Positions 17,915-29,208 of a stretch of DNA of 32,000 bases are shown piece by piece. Under the pieces are notes generated by a model, which was not told where the DNA came from, searched no databases, and was given only the letters and a program-made list of their open reading frames with translations. The translations under genes were made by a program, and so were the position numbers. The DNA is from Prochlorococcus marinus subsp. pastoris str. CCMP1986 (GTDB taxonomy: Bacteria; Cyanobacteriota; Cyanobacteriia; PCC-6307; Cyanobiaceae): contig NC_005072.1 of the NCBI RefSeq assembly GCF_000011465.1, positions 1,200,001-1,232,000 of the forward strand, given 5' to 3'. Position 1 is the stretch's first letter. The number at the start of each line of letters is the position of its first letter.

Positions 17915-19789
17915 CTATGCAGGCATTTTAGTTTCTGCAAGTAGATTCTTTAAATCTTCCCCTTCAATGACTTCTTCTTGAAGAATTTTCTGAGAGATAG
18001 ATTCAAGTAATGGTAAATTATTTCTTAAAATATTCAATGCTGTCTCGTGCGCATCATCAACCAAATCTCTTACCTCTTTATCAATTGCTTGTGCTGTCGC
18101 ATCACTAACTGATCTCCTAGGGTTATTACCATTCCCTAAGAATTGACCACCTCCTTGTTTATCGTAAGCAAGAGGGCCAAGAATATCACTCATTCCAAAG
18201 GTTCCTACCATTTGTTCTGCTATATCAGTTGCCCTTTGAAGATCATTAGAAGCACCCGTAGTTATTTTGCCAAAAACAACCTCTTCTGCCGAGCGTCCAC
18301 CTAGAAGTGTCGCTATCTGACCTTTCAATTCGTCTTTTGAATTAAGAAACCTTTCTTCTGTGGGAAGTTGAAGTGTATATCCCAATGCGCTCATACCTCT
18401 AGGAACAATGGAAATTTTTGCTACTTTTGATCCTCCCGGCATAAGATGTCCAACAATTGCATGACCTACTTCATGATAAGCAACAACTTTTTTCTCATCA
18501 TCCTGAAGAACTCTACTTTTTTTCTCTAGACCTGCGACGACTCTCTCAATTGCTTCACTCAAATCTTGTTGTTCTACACTTTTTCTTTTTGCTCTTGCAG
18601 CTAACAAAGCCGCCTCATTAACCATATTTGCCAGGTCTGCCCCAGCAAAACCACTTGTAGCTTGAGCGATTGAATCTAAATCAATAGTTTCTGCTAATTT
18701 TACTTTTTTGGTATAAATTTCTAAAATTGTTTTTCTACCGGATAAGTCTGGTCTATCTACTAAAACTTGCCTATCAAATCTACCTGGTCTTAATAATGCT
18801 GCATCAAGAACTTCCGGCTGGTTAGTCGCAGCTAAAACTATTACAGGTTTATCAGCTGAAGCAAAACCATCCATTTCAGTAAGCAATTGGTTTAGTGTTT
18901 GCTCTCTTTCATCATTTCCTCCCACTACACCCATTGATCCTGAACGACTCTTACCAATAGCATCTAATTCATCAATAAAGATAATACAGGGAGCTTTCTT
19001 CTTTGCTTGTTCAAACAAATCTCTTACTCTTGCGGCACCAGCTCCTACAAAAAGTTCAACAAATTCAGAACCAGAAATAATGAAGAAAGGAACTTCTGCT
19101 TCTCCTGCAACTGCCTTAGAGAGAAGAGTCTTTCCGGTTCCTGGTGGTCCGACCAATAACACACCTTTTGGGATTCTTGCACCAATATCAGTGTATCTTT
19201 CTGGTTTCTTCAAAAAGTCAACTATTTCTGTTAATTCATCCTTCGCCTCATCAACACCAGCAACATCTTCGAAAGTAACTTTTGATTCATCATCTGGAAC
19301 ATAAACTTTAGCCTTACTTTTCGTAAAACTCAATGCACCTTGAGCACCTCCTCCACCCATACTCCTTCTTGCAAAAAATTGCAGTACCAAGATAAAAATT
19401 AATGGTGGAACTACCCAGCTAAGAATTGTTGAAAAGAAATTTGGTTTTTTAGGGGGAGCTGCCGCGAATTCAACACCTTTACTTTCCAACCTTTGAGGCA
19501 GATCCATATCAAAAATTGGAGTCGTTGCTAATACTGAAGGGGCTCCCTCTTCTGCTCCATTCAGTTCGTATCTAATTTGTTCTTGTGTAATATAAGCTCT
19601 CTTAACTTCACCATCATTTACTTGATCTATAAATAAAGAGTAAGGGACTCTTGGTATTTGCATATTTTGGTTAGGGAACAAGCTGCTGAATAAAAGTAAT
19701 GCTCCGAGTCCAATTAAAATGATATTTACTATTCCAAATCTTCTATTAGGCTGATTATCGTCTTGTCTTATTGGCATGATTAATATCAA
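17915..19789 (-). CDS. ftsH: ATP-dependent zinc metalloprotease FtsH
   Basis: GPPGTGKTLLSKAVAGEA (Walker A), SRH region, YHEVGHAIVGHLM (HEVGH zinc site). Confidence 0.98.
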   Translation of the reverse strand: MILIMPIRQDDNQPNRRFGIVNIILIGLGALLLFSSLFPNQNMQIPRVPYSLFIDQVNDGEVKRAYITQEQIRYELNGAEEGAPSVLATTPIFDMDLPQRLESKGVEFAAAPPKKPNFFSTILSWVVPPLIFILVLQFFARRSMGGGGAQGALSFTKSKAKVYVPDDESKVTFEDVAGVDEAKDELTEIVDFLKKPERYTDIGARIPKGVLLVGPPGTGKTLLSKAVAGEAEVPFFIISGSEFVELFVGAGAARVRDLFEQAKKKAPCIIFIDELDAIGKSRSGSMGVVGGNDEREQTLNQLLTEMDGFASADKPVIVLAATNQPEVLDAALLRPGRFDRQVLVDRPDLSGRKTILEIYTKKVKLAETIDLDSIAQATSGFAGADLANMVNEAALLAARAKRKSVEQQDLSEAIERVVAGLEKKSRVLQDDEKKVVAYHEVGHAIVGHLMPGGSKVAKISIVPRGMSALGYTLQLPTEERFLNSKDELKGQIATLLGGRSAEEVVFGKITTGASNDLQRATDIAEQMVGTFGMSDILGPLAYDKQGGGQFLGNGNNPRRSVSDATAQAIDKEVRDLVDDAHETALNILRNNLPLLESISQKILQEEVIEGEDLKNLLAETKMPA

Positions 19790-19891
19790 TTGTGGGTTTA
19801 TTATAAACTAAAAGAACGAGTTCCGTACCTGTATGATTTTTTTTGGGTAAGAACCGAACGGTATTTTAATCAAAAACCACTTCCAAATTTT

Positions 19892-20980
19892 TTAAGTAAT
19901 ACTCTTCACATAAATATCATTACCGATAAAACTAGTTTCAGGTTCATTTAGGTTAAAAACTTCATCCATATCTGTAAATTCAAAATCCGAGAAAGGATTC
20001 ATGCTACTTACTCCTCCTAATATCTTTGGTGCAATAAAAGTCATTAGTTCTTGAATACAACCTGCTTTCATAGCTGAAGTTGCCAACTTAGGTCCACATT
20101 CCCAGAAAACATTATTACAACCTTTTTTTGCTAATAAATTTGAAAGTAATATAGGATTATCAGAGGATAATTTTTCAATCTCTACACCCTCTGGGATTCT
20201 CTTAAGAAATTTCTCATCTGCAGTAGAAGCGTCATATACAACAAGTGTCCTGGCTAATTTACAATCCCACAAATTGGATTTTACTGGCAGGTTTAAAGTT
20301 TTTGTGAATACTACTCTTAAAGGCTCAGGATTTCTTATACCTCGAGAAGTTAAAAAAGGATCGTCTTTTCTTAATGTGTTACCCCCAATAACTATTGCGT
20401 CAAAGGAAGCTCTTAAAGAGTGAACTAATGATCTTGAATCTTTATTTGTAATCCATTTACTTTTACCATTTTTAAGACCAACTCTTCCATCCATACTCAT
20501 TGCCCATTTCATAACCCCATAAGCGTTATCGGTAATATTCTTATGAATAAAAGACTTATTTAGTTCTTTAGATTCTTTTTTACATAATCCAAGGTGAACT
20601 TTAATCCCAGCATCTTTGAGTAATTTAATACCTTTTCCCGACATTCTTTTGTCGGGATCTTCAATAGAGACAAATACTCTCTTTATTCCAAAAGAAATTA
20701 TTTTATCTACACATGGAGGGGTTTTACCTTGATGACAACAAGGTTCGAGGTTAACGTATATTGTCCCATCTCTTGCATCTTTTTTTAAATTATTGAAAGC
20801 CATTGCCTCTGCATGAGGCATTCCTGATTTTGAATGAAATCCTTCTGAGATAAGATTTCCATTTTTATCCAAGATTACTGCTCCAACCATTGGATTAGGA
20901 CTTGTTCTTCCTTTACCTAAAGAAGCCAAATATATGGCTCTTTTCATCCACTTGATGTCAATAATATGGCTTTCTATCAT
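19892..20980 (-). CDS. ribD: bifunctional diaminohydroxyphosphoribosylaminopyrimidine deaminase / 5-amino-6-(5-phosphoribosylamino)uracil reductase
   Basis: TSPNPMVGAVILDKNG, HAEAMAFNNL, TIYVNLEPCCHQGKTPPC, KWAMSMDGRVG. Confidence 0.95.
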   Translation of the reverse strand: MIESHIIDIKWMKRAIYLASLGKGRTSPNPMVGAVILDKNGNLISEGFHSKSGMPHAEAMAFNNLKKDARDGTIYVNLEPCCHQGKTPPCVDKIISFGIKRVFVSIEDPDKRMSGKGIKLLKDAGIKVHLGLCKKESKELNKSFIHKNITDNAYGVMKWAMSMDGRVGLKNGKSKWITNKDSRSLVHSLRASFDAIVIGGNTLRKDDPFLTSRGIRNPEPLRVVFTKTLNLPVKSNLWDCKLARTLVVYDASTADEKFLKRIPEGVEIEKLSSDNPILLSNLLAKKGCNNVFWECGPKLATSAMKAGCIQELMTFIAPKILGGVSSMNPFSDFEFTDMDEVFNLNEPETSFIGNDIYVKSIT

Positions 20981-20993
20981 CTAAAAAAAATTA

Positions 20994-21494
20994 TTAATCT
21001 AATGATCTCCATTCTTTAACGACGAAAGGAGGAACTGGCAACTCTGAAAAAACACCTGATAAAGATAATCTGAGTGGCCTATTTTTATCAATGTTATTTA
21101 CTAGTTCATTCAAATCAAATTCCGCAGCAGCTTGTCTTCCATCGTTAGCTAATTCAGCATTTAATAATGTTTTGTCATTTAATAACCACTGTTTTCTTCC
21201 AGAATCCACTTGTAACTTTGTTGGATGATCAATCCTAAGATTGCCAGGATATCCAATTACTCTTAGGATCAATTTATCTTCAAAAAATGGCGACTTATAT
21301 GCAACTAGTTGCCATGTTTCAAAATCTAGATCTCTTAAAAACTCACTGCTAGCATTCATTAATTCTCCATTAATTTCTGTTTCTGCTATTTCTGCAAAAA
21401 CCTTAAGTGGATTAAAAACTATAGAAATTAGTATAGAAAAAGGTATTAAAACCTTGAAAAGAATATTCTTATTTAATTTTAAAATTTTCATCAT
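20994..21494 (-). CDS. DUF3122-like secreted/lipoprotein-like protein
   Basis: Signal-like N-terminus; SFFEDKLILRVIGYPGNLRIDHPTKLQV, PVPPFVVKEWRSL. Confidence 0.7.
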   Translation of the reverse strand: MMKILKLNKNILFKVLIPFSILISIVFNPLKVFAEIAETEINGELMNASSEFLRDLDFETWQLVAYKSPFFEDKLILRVIGYPGNLRIDHPTKLQVDSGRKQWLLNDKTLLNAELANDGRQAAAEFDLNELVNNIDKNRPLRLSLSGVFSELPVPPFVVKEWRSLD

Positions 21495-21720
21495 TTTCAG
21501 AATCCATGAGGGCGTCTAGAGTAACTGCTGTTCTAACAAGAGCTTGGTACCTTTTTATGATTTTACGATTTTTTTCTATAACTCGAGATAGATTCACAGT
21601 ATCTTTATCAGAAAAATTCGTTGTTAAATCACCAGAGTCTTCCTCTATTAACTCAAAATTACTTTCTTTGTTAATTAGAGTTAATAATATTTCGTGTAAT
21701 CGCTTTCTCCTGTCTGACAA
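21469..21720 (-). CDS. small conserved cyanobacterial-type protein (83 aa), unknown function
   Basis: MSDRRKRLHEILLTLINKESNFELIEEDSGDLTTNF; TTG at 21720 is a likelier start than the track's 21831, which would overlap the divergent cobL start. Confidence 0.6.
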   Translation of the reverse strand: MSDRRKRLHEILLTLINKESNFELIEEDSGDLTTNFSDKDTVNLSRVIEKNRKIIKRYQALVRTAVTLDALMDSENDENFKIK

Positions 21721-21804
21721 GTAATTTATTATTATTAATCTATAGATATTAGGATAAATTAATAAAACATACAAATAATTTATAATATTCCTCTTAATAA
21801 AATT

Positions 21805-23085
21805 ATGACTCAGATAATAAGAAAAGTTCATGTGATAGGAATTAATTCTTTTGAATTTAACGAGCTACCTTTCAAATTACAAAAATTATTTATAGAAACA
21901 GAAAATATTGCCGTTCCAGATTCATACTTTGCAAATATTAAATTATGGGCCAAAAATAATGCAAAAAATGAAAAGTTATTCTTCGCTAGCAGAAGTGACA
22001 ATAAACTGATTAATTGGCTTAAATCTCAAAAAAGCGACGTAATTTTATTTTCTAGGGGCGATCCTCTTTGGTTTGGTATTGGGAGAATACTTATCGAAAA
22101 CTTTTCAAAAGAAGAATTAAGTTTCTATCCATCAAATACATGTTTTCAATTAGCATTTAGCAAACTAAAAATATCTTGGCAAGAAGCTATTTATGTAAGT
22201 ATTCACGGAAGAGATTCAACTAAATTGATTGAGGTACTAAAAACAAAGCCCTTAAGTCTAGCGATCATTACAGATTCAAAAAACAACGGATTAGAAATAA
22301 TTCAAAATAATTTATTAGAGTTAAATCTAGAGAATCTTTACGAATTTTGGATTTGTGAGGAAATAGGTTTTAAAAATGAAAAGATCAGAAAATTTAACCT
22401 CAAAGAAAAATTACCATCTGACATTTCTAATTTGAATATTGCTGTTCTTCTGAGAAAAGAAAAAGATCATGTAGAAACTGATATCCCTTTATTTGGATTA
22501 AAAGATGATACTTTTAAAACTTTTGAAGACAGACCAAATTTATTAACAAAAAGGGAAGTTAGAATTCAAATTTTGGCTGATTTAGAGTTACCAGAAAATG
22601 GCACAATTTGGGATATTGGAGCAGGTTGCGGCTCCATTGGTTTAGAAGCATTAAAATTAAGGCCTAATTTAAAATTATTTTGTATTGATAAAAGAATTGG
22701 CTCAAAAGAGTTAATCTCAGAAAATGCAAGAAGATTAGGAGTTTCCCCTAAAGATATTTTTGAAGAAGATGTAAATAATTTATTTAATTCCAATAATATT
22801 AATTCTTTGAGAGAGGCTAAGAGAATAATTATTGGTGGCTGTGATAAAAAGACTAAGCTTCGAATTATTAATGAATTGTCTATACATATGAACTGTGGAG
22901 ATATTGTTGCTATTCCTTTAATAGATATCCAAACCATTAAAGATCTAAGAGATACCTTAAAAGGAAATAATTTCGAAGTGAATTTAAATCTTATCCAGAC
23001 TTATAAAAGCTTAAGTATTTCAGAAGGAATAAGAATGGATCCAAATAATCCTGTATTTTTGCTTAGAGGAAGAAAACTTTCTTAA
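21805..23085 (+). CDS. cobL: precorrin-6Y C5,15-methyltransferase (CobL / CbiE-CbiT fusion)
   Basis: CbiE-like N-terminal domain (FSRGDPLWFGIGR) followed by CbiT-like methyltransferase domain (REVRIQILADLELPENGTIWDIGAGCGSIGLEALKL). Confidence 0.9.
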   Translation: MTQIIRKVHVIGINSFEFNELPFKLQKLFIETENIAVPDSYFANIKLWAKNNAKNEKLFFASRSDNKLINWLKSQKSDVILFSRGDPLWFGIGRILIENFSKEELSFYPSNTCFQLAFSKLKISWQEAIYVSIHGRDSTKLIEVLKTKPLSLAIITDSKNNGLEIIQNNLLELNLENLYEFWICEEIGFKNEKIRKFNLKEKLPSDISNLNIAVLLRKEKDHVETDIPLFGLKDDTFKTFEDRPNLLTKREVRIQILADLELPENGTIWDIGAGCGSIGLEALKLRPNLKLFCIDKRIGSKELISENARRLGVSPKDIFEEDVNNLFNSNNINSLREAKRIIIGGCDKKTKLRIINELSIHMNCGDIVAIPLIDIQTIKDLRDTLKGNNFEVNLNLIQTYKSLSISEGIRMDPNNPVFLLRGRKLS

Positions 23086-23092
23086 CTTTAGA

Positions 23093-24001
23093 TTACTTAT
23101 TAGGTTTACCAACATGAGGCAAACCCCAACCTAATTTATTTCTTAATACCTGAAAGAACTCATGATCCTCAAGCCTTATGAACTTAACCGAATGTTTACT
23201 TTTTCTAATTAGAACCCTATCTTCAGGCCAAACATAACAACCTGCATTTCCATCAACCACCATAACTAACCTTTCAGGAGTAGCAGGGAAAACAGTAACT
23301 GGTTCCGAATCATTAAAAACCAAAGCCCTAGAAGCTAATGAATGTGGAGCGATTGGTGTTAATTGCACTACTGGGCAATCGGGTGTAATAACAGGGCCCC
23401 CGGCGCTTAAAGAATAAGCTGTTGAGCCAGTTGGAGTAGAAAGGATGACCCCATCTGCAGATATATCGACTGGAGCATGTCTTCCTATGGAAATTTCAAA
23501 ATGACACATACTCGTCAGAGGTTCTCTATGAAGGGCCATTTCATTCAAACAAAGAGATTCCCATCTTCTTTGCTCATTTCTCATTACGCTAATAATTAAA
23601 CTTTTTCTTTCTTCTATATCCCATTTACCGATAATAAGTTTATCAATTGCTTCCTCTAGATTTGAAAGATATGCTTCCGCAAGAAAACCTAAATGCCCAG
23701 TGTTTATTGTAAGGATTGGAATTTTTGCAGGAGCTGTTTGTCGCGCAGCAGAAAGTACTGTTCCATCTCCACCAAGAACAATCGCAAACTCCATAGAGGA
23801 ATCGAACCCTTCTGGCACACAATTCGAATATCCTAATGGACGCACGTGTTGATCAGGATTGGCAAAGCCAACCATACCTCCAGAACTACTTACTCTTACA
23901 ACTTCATAATTGGATTTTTCCAATTTTTTTTGAACGGAAATTGCAGTTTGAACAGCCAGTTCTTTACCATCATTGACGATTAGTCCAGCTTTACGTACCA
24001 A
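23093..24001 (-). CDS. nadK: NAD kinase
   Basis: [54 protein letters not shown]. Confidence 0.95.
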   Translation of the reverse strand: MVRKAGLIVNDGKELAVQTAISVQKKLEKSNYEVVRVSSSGGMVGFANPDQHVRPLGYSNCVPEGFDSSMEFAIVLGGDGTVLSAARQTAPAKIPILTINTGHLGFLAEAYLSNLEEAIDKLIIGKWDIEERKSLIISVMRNEQRRWESLCLNEMALHREPLTSMCHFEISIGRHAPVDISADGVILSTPTGSTAYSLSAGGPVITPDCPVVQLTPIAPHSLASRALVFNDSEPVTVFPATPERLVMVVDGNAGCYVWPEDRVLIRKSKHSVKFIRLEDHEFFQVLRNKLGWGLPHVGKPNK

Positions 24002-24072
24002 TCGATAAATTTAAAACTAATAGTATTTTAAACTAATTTGATAAAGAAACCTAATTTAAAATACTAATCATA

Positions 24073-25080
24073 TTAAAACTGCTTTAAGAATCTAAGATCA
24101 TTAGTATAGAACCTTCTTATATCATCAATCTGATGTCTCACCATACAGAATCTCTCTACACCTAATCCAGCAGCAAATCCAGTCCATTTCTCAGAATCAA
24201 TTCCTAATTTTTCTAGAACCTTTGGATCTACCATTCCACAACCCATTACTTCTAACCATTTACCTTTCCATTGAACATCAACTTCTGCAGAAGGTTCAGT
24301 AAAAGGGAAATAACTAGCTCTAAATCTTACAGGAATATCTCCAAAAAAAGTTTTTAAAAAAGTCAGCACAGTTCCTCTTAAATGACTAAAGTTTATATCT
24401 TGATCGATACATAAAACCTCCACTTGATTAAAAACAGGAGAGTGAGTAGCGTCTACAGCATCTCTTCTGTAAACTCTTCCTGGAGCAATAATTCTTACTG
24501 GAGGTGGATTATTTTCAAGATATCTAATCTGAACAGGTGATGTATGAGTTCTTAGTAGACGATTTTCATCTAGATAAAAAGTATCCTGCATATCTCGAGC
24601 TGGATGATTTTTAGGTATGTTAAGTGACTCAAAATTATAAAAATCACTCTCTATCTCTGGGCCATTCTCTACTGAGTATCCTAATCCGCAAAAAATATCT
24701 ATGATCTCATCTTGAGTTGAAATTAAGGGGTGCTTATTCCCAGGAAGGGTTCCTGTGGAAGGAATCGTAACATCAATTTTTTCATCTTCGATCTGTTTAT
24801 CTATGGCTTCACTAATAAGTTGATTTTTTCTTTCAGTAATTAAATCTTGCAAGTTTATCTTTATCAAGTTTGCCTTCTGTCCAATAATTGGTCTATCAAC
24901 AGAAGATAATTTGCCCATAGTCTTCAATATTATTGATAATTCTCCTTTTTTTCCTAACAAAGAGACTCTTAATTGGTCCAATTCAGAATCACTTTTCGCA
25001 TTTTTTATATTTTCATTCGCGAGGAGGGAGAGATTATTTAATTTGCCCTCAATTTGGCTTAATGATTCAATTTGACTCAC
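24073..25080 (-). CDS. pheS: phenylalanyl-tRNA synthetase alpha subunit
   Basis: [66 protein letters not shown]. Confidence 0.97.
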   Translation of the reverse strand: MSQIESLSQIEGKLNNLSLLANENIKNAKSDSELDQLRVSLLGKKGELSIILKTMGKLSSVDRPIIGQKANLIKINLQDLITERKNQLISEAIDKQIEDEKIDVTIPSTGTLPGNKHPLISTQDEIIDIFCGLGYSVENGPEIESDFYNFESLNIPKNHPARDMQDTFYLDENRLLRTHTSPVQIRYLENNPPPVRIIAPGRVYRRDAVDATHSPVFNQVEVLCIDQDINFSHLRGTVLTFLKTFFGDIPVRFRASYFPFTEPSAEVDVQWKGKWLEVMGCGMVDPKVLEKLGIDSEKWTGFAAGLGVERFCMVRHQIDDIRRFYTNDLRFLKQF

Positions 25081-25147
25081 TGATATAGTAAAAATAGATA
25101 TAGTTTTATCTTACTTAAATATTGTCCATAATAAAATGTATTGATTA

Positions 25148-25957
25148 ATGGAATCATTAAATATTTTAATAAGTAATGACGATGGGGTTTTCGCTGAGGG
25201 AATAAGAGCTCTAGCCAAATCCGCATTAAAAAAAGGGCATAAAGTAACAGTAGTATGTCCGGACCAAGAAAGATCGGCGACTGGTCATGGCCTCACTTTG
25301 CAGTCACCTTTGAGAGTTGAAAGAGCAGATGAATTATTTGATAAAGGTATTAAAGCTTGGGGTTGTTCAGGGACCCCTGCTGATTGCGTTAAACTCGCAC
25401 TATCAGAATTATTAGATAAAAAACCTGACTTAGTTCTTTCTGGAATAAATCATGGTCCAAATTTAGGAACAGACATTTTTTGTTCTGGAACAGTAGCTGC
25501 AGCTATGGAAGGTACTTTAGAAAATGTTCCATCAATGGCAATAAGTGTTGCGAGTTTTAAATGGAAAAATTTTGAATTTGCAGGTGAAATTGCAATGAAT
25601 ATTGCTGAACAAGCAATAAAGGATAGTTGGCCAAAGTCTCTTCTTTTGAACTTGAACATACCTCCTTGTGAAAGAAATAAAATAAAGGAATTATCCTGGA
25701 CAAGATTATCAATCCGAAAATATAAAAACCAATTTTCTAAAAGGGAAGATCCAAGAGGCGATGATTATTATTGGTTAGCAGGTGAGGCTGTTTTAGATCT
25801 TAAATCAAAAGGTGATGGCCCCAAGAATTGGCCTAGTGATGTCTCTCAAATACAAGAAAATAAAATTTCTCTTACACCAGTAGAACCAGACTTGTTTTGG
25901 AGAGGAAGTATAGATGTGTTACCAAAAATCAATACTTCATTTATAAATGCTTCTTAG
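25148..25957 (+). CDS. surE: 5'/3'-nucleotidase SurE
   Basis: [62 protein letters not shown]. Confidence 0.96.
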   Translation: MESLNILISNDDGVFAEGIRALAKSALKKGHKVTVVCPDQERSATGHGLTLQSPLRVERADELFDKGIKAWGCSGTPADCVKLALSELLDKKPDLVLSGINHGPNLGTDIFCSGTVAAAMEGTLENVPSMAISVASFKWKNFEFAGEIAMNIAEQAIKDSWPKSLLLNLNIPPCERNKIKELSWTRLSIRKYKNQFSKREDPRGDDYYWLAGEAVLDLKSKGDGPKNWPSDVSQIQENKISLTPVEPDLFWRGSIDVLPKINTSFINAS

Positions 25958-26470
25958 CAACCATAAAGAGAAGCAAAGTCCAAAGAAATGAGCGGCGATA
26001 ACTTGTGTATTACTTAGTACTGATAAAATCTCAAGACCAGTAATAGGAATATCAGATGACGCCGTAATAAGTTGACCAGTTGTTTGAGAGGAAGCCTGTA
26101 TAAAAAGTGCACCCATAAGTGCTTGATATCCAATTAAGCCAAACAAAATTCCTAACAAATCATTTATTAAGCCTCTTTTTATTAATTTGCTTGTTTGCCC
26201 TCTAGAGGGTCTAGCATTACTTGCAATTGCTCTGCCAGTTCTGACTATTAACCAACCTTGCCACAAACTAAAAAGTAGTAAAATCAAAGAAATTGTTGTT
26301 AGAGATAGACCCGGAGTCAAACTCAGTTGTCCTTCGCTTTTATTTACAACATTTGAAAAAAGCAAAACAGCTGTTACTACAACACCTAAAATGGATTGAA
26401 GCCAAAAGCGTATCCACCCAATGCGCCGCATTCCAAATGAAAGCGACTGAAAATCAATTTTGTCAGACAT
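25937..26470 (-). CDS. DUF3611-like membrane protein
   Basis: Multi-TM, cyanobacterial-type sequence [29 protein letters not shown]. Confidence 0.7.
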   Translation of the reverse strand: MSDKIDFQSLSFGMRRIGWIRFWLQSILGVVVTAVLLFSNVVNKSEGQLSLTPGLSLTTISLILLLFSLWQGWLIVRTGRAIASNARPSRGQTSKLIKRGLINDLLGILFGLIGYQALMGALFIQASSQTTGQLITASSDIPITGLEILSVLSNTQVIAAHFFGLCFSLWLLRSIYK

Positions 26471-26537
26471 TCATTTGATTGAATAACTATGATCTATTCA
26501 AATTTGCCATCAAAATCATAAAATTGCACGTTATCTT

Positions 26538-27461
26538 GTGATCTCTTTAATATCACCATCTGAAGTTAAGCAGCCCACCTCAATCGCTATTGGTAGTTTT
26601 GATGGTCTGCACGCGGGTCATAGAAAATTAATAGAAAGTGTTGTTAAAGAAAATGATTACACACCCACAATCGCAAGCTTTTGGCCACATCCAAGAGAAG
26701 TGCTCTATAAAGAAACTCGTCTTAGACTTGATCTACCAGAGGAAAAGCTCCCTATCCTTGAAGATCTTGGCATAGAACAATTGGTTCTAATTCCCTTTGA
26801 TAAGAATCTTTCTAAATTAAGTGCAGAGAAATTTATTAAAAATATTTTGATCAATCAATTACAAGCAAAAAGTATTTCAGTAGGGGCTAATTTTAGATTT
26901 GGCTTCAAAAGAAGTGGAGATATTAATACAATTAAACTTGCCACAAAAGATTTGGATATAAAACTAAAAATCATTTCAATTTTAGAGGATAAGGGAGGAA
27001 GAATTAGCAGCAGCAGAATAAGAGATTTATTACAAAAAAGTGATTTAAAGAATGCTTTTAAAATACTTAATAGGCCATACAGTTTTAAAGGAAAAGTAGT
27101 TAAAGGAAAAGGTATTGGGAAGAGCCTAGGATTTCCTACAGCAAATCTTGAAATAGATGGAAGAAAATTTTTACCTGGTGAAGGAGTCTATGCAGCATGG
27201 TCTACGATAAATAATTCTTCCAATAAAATTGCCTCTGTTATGAATCTTGGTTCTCAACCAACTATTGATCCTCTCTTGCCATCTGCTGTTGAAGTTCATT
27301 TAATTAATAAAGATATCAACCTATATGGGCTAAATTTATCAGTAGAACCTATTGAGAAGCTAAGATCACAAATCAAGTTTCAAAATATTGATGAACTCTC
27401 TAATCAAATTACAAAAGACAGAGAAAATGCATTAAAAATTCTTTGTAAGCATAATAAATAA
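26538..27461 (+). CDS. ribF: bifunctional riboflavin kinase / FAD synthetase
   Basis: SIGSFDGLHAGHRKLI, FWPHPREVLY, ISSSRIRDLLQKSDL, GKGIGKSLGFPTANLEI, YGLNLSVEPIEKLR. Confidence 0.95.
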   Translation: MISLISPSEVKQPTSIAIGSFDGLHAGHRKLIESVVKENDYTPTIASFWPHPREVLYKETRLRLDLPEEKLPILEDLGIEQLVLIPFDKNLSKLSAEKFIKNILINQLQAKSISVGANFRFGFKRSGDINTIKLATKDLDIKLKIISILEDKGGRISSSRIRDLLQKSDLKNAFKILNRPYSFKGKVVKGKGIGKSLGFPTANLEIDGRKFLPGEGVYAAWSTINNSSNKIASVMNLGSQPTIDPLLPSAVEVHLINKDINLYGLNLSVEPIEKLRSQIKFQNIDELSNQITKDRENALKILCKHNK

Positions 27462-27469
27462 ATTTCTAT

Positions 27470-28525
27470 ATGAAAAACCCAAACATAATTCAACCTGAAG
27501 ATTTACGAATATCTCAAATTATTGACGCTAATTTAGATAGAGCAAGAGAAGGTCTAAGGGTTTTGGAGGACTGGGCCAGATTTGGCTTGGGTAATGAAGA
27601 TTTTGTTATAAGAATAAAAAACTTCCGACAAATATTAGGTAAAAATCATTTAGAAATTTATAAATTATCAAGAAACCATATTGAAGATCAATGCAAAGGG
27701 TTATCTCATGTCGAACAAATCAACAGGAATAGTTCCTCTAAAATAATAAGTTCTAATTCTGCAAGAGTTCAAGAAGCGCTTCGAGTTATTGAAGAATTTT
27801 CAAGGATTCATAATAGTAAACTTTCTAAAATAGCTTCCGAGATTAGATATGAAATTTACACTTTAGAAATTGAAATATTAAATTTCAATACTCGTAAGAG
27901 AGCACAATCAATAATTAGTAAAAACAATTTATATTCGATAACAGACCCAAGAGAAAACTTATTAGAAATAATTGAAAAAATATTATTAGGAGGGGTAAAA
28001 ATAATTCAGCATCGATTTAAAGAAGGTAATGATAAAGACCATCTCAAAGAGGCAATTGAAATAAATAAATTATGTAAGAAATATAATTCTTTGTTCATCG
28101 TTAATAACAGATTAGATATAGCATTGGCATCAAAGGCAGATGGTGTTCATCTTGGTCAAGACGACCTCGATATAAAAACAGTAAGAAAATTACTTGGTGC
28201 CTCAAAAATCATTGGAGTTTCAGCCAACAATTCAACTGACATCAATAAGGCTGTAAAAGATGGATGCGATTACATTGGAGTCGGGCCAGTTTTTCCAACT
28301 TTGACAAAGAAAAATAAAGAACCTCTCGGTGAAGAGAAAATTAAGGCCTTAACAAAAGAACTAAATATTCCTTGTTTTGCAATAGGAGGAATTAATAAAT
28401 TAAATATCTCTTCTCTAAAAAATCATGGAATTAGTAAGGTTGCAATAGTTTCTGGGCTGCTAAATTCAGAAGATCCAAAAGATGAAGCTATGATTATCAT
28501 AAAAGAATTATCCCATGAAAATTAG
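27470..28525 (+). CDS. thiE: thiamine-phosphate synthase with N-terminal ThiD2-like domain
   Basis: N-terminal RISQIIDANLDRAREGLRVLEDWARFGL domain; C-terminal IIQHRFKEG, DGVHLGQDDLDI, GVGPVFPTLTKK. Confidence 0.93.
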   Translation: MKNPNIIQPEDLRISQIIDANLDRAREGLRVLEDWARFGLGNEDFVIRIKNFRQILGKNHLEIYKLSRNHIEDQCKGLSHVEQINRNSSSKIISSNSARVQEALRVIEEFSRIHNSKLSKIASEIRYEIYTLEIEILNFNTRKRAQSIISKNNLYSITDPRENLLEIIEKILLGGVKIIQHRFKEGNDKDHLKEAIEINKLCKKYNSLFIVNNRLDIALASKADGVHLGQDDLDIKTVRKLLGASKIIGVSANNSTDINKAVKDGCDYIGVGPVFPTLTKKNKEPLGEEKIKALTKELNIPCFAIGGINKLNISSLKNHGISKVAIVSGLLNSEDPKDEAMIIIKELSHEN

Positions 28526-28724
28526 TGTTAACGGTAAAGAAAAAAAAATAGAACTAGAAAATGAAAATGCTTTACTTTCAAGCACTTTAGAATTCCTAGG
28601 ATATAAGCAAAATACTGTGGTAGTCGAAGTAAATGACTTAATTATTAACTCAAAAAAATGGGATAGTGAAATACTTAAAGAAGGCGATAAGTTAGAAATC
28701 GTATCTATTGTTGGAGGCGGATAA
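28515..28724 (+). CDS. thiS: sulfur carrier protein ThiS
   Basis: 69-aa ubiquitin-like protein with C-terminal VGGG, overlapping the 3' end of thiE. Confidence 0.9.
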   Translation: MKISVNGKEKKIELENENALLSSTLEFLGYKQNTVVVEVNDLIINSKKWDSEILKEGDKLEIVSIVGGG

Positions 28725-28836
28725 TTTACTATGTAGTAGAAATTCGGAAATCTTCATATTTTTTTAACGTTAAGCATGAAACAATAACCCAATTTTTAAT
28801 TTTTTCATTTTATATTTTTAATACTTTAACAAGAAA

Positions 28837-29004
28837 ATGAAAGAAAACCTAAATCAAAATTCAAGATCTTTGAAATGGGAGCCGAATGGTGAATTAGCCC
28901 AAAAAGATTTATCCGAATTAATCGAAAGATTAAAAAATGTAGAAGGTGATGATACTTCTTCAGAATTATCAAGATTAGGTACCAAATCGAACATAATATA
29001 TTAA
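28837..29004 (+). CDS. small hypothetical protein (55 aa): MKENLNQNSRSLKWEPNGELAQKDLSELIERLKNVEGDDTSSELSRLGTKSNIIY
   Basis: Hand-translated open frame with ATG, in a gap left by the track. Confidence 0.55.
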   Translation: MKENLNQNSRSLKWEPNGELAQKDLSELIERLKNVEGDDTSSELSRLGTKSNIIY

Positions 29005-29070
29005 TTTTGTTACTAAGAGCTTGTTTTTAGAGAAATCTATATCAAATTATAATTACTGTAGATTAAATAC

Positions 29071-29205
29071 ATGACCAAAAGATATCCAGAATGGGTAAAT
29101 ACGAGTGTTGTTATAAAGGCTATAAAAATGCGGGAAGAAGGATTACTTTCTAAACAACTAAATTTATGGATAGAGAATTTATTAGAAATCGAAAAACATA
29201 ATTAA
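29071..29205 (+). CDS. small hypothetical protein (44 aa): MTKRYPEWVNTSVVIKAIKMREEGLLSKQLNLWIENLLEIEKHN
   Basis: Hand-translated open frame; ends 3 nt before the convergent larB stop. Confidence 0.4.
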   Translation: MTKRYPEWVNTSVVIKAIKMREEGLLSKQLNLWIENLLEIEKHN

Positions 29206-29208
29206 CCT

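Noticed and set aside
19080-26478. ORFs 19080..19304, 21241..21519, 21506..21724, 22566..22937, 25450..25659, 26187..26399, 26293..26478
   Set aside because: Frames lying opposite or within better-supported CDSs.
28515-28724. Unusual C-terminal GGG of ThiS
   Set aside because: The essential feature is a terminal GG; an additional preceding glycine is compatible with normal ThiS and not strong enough to report.
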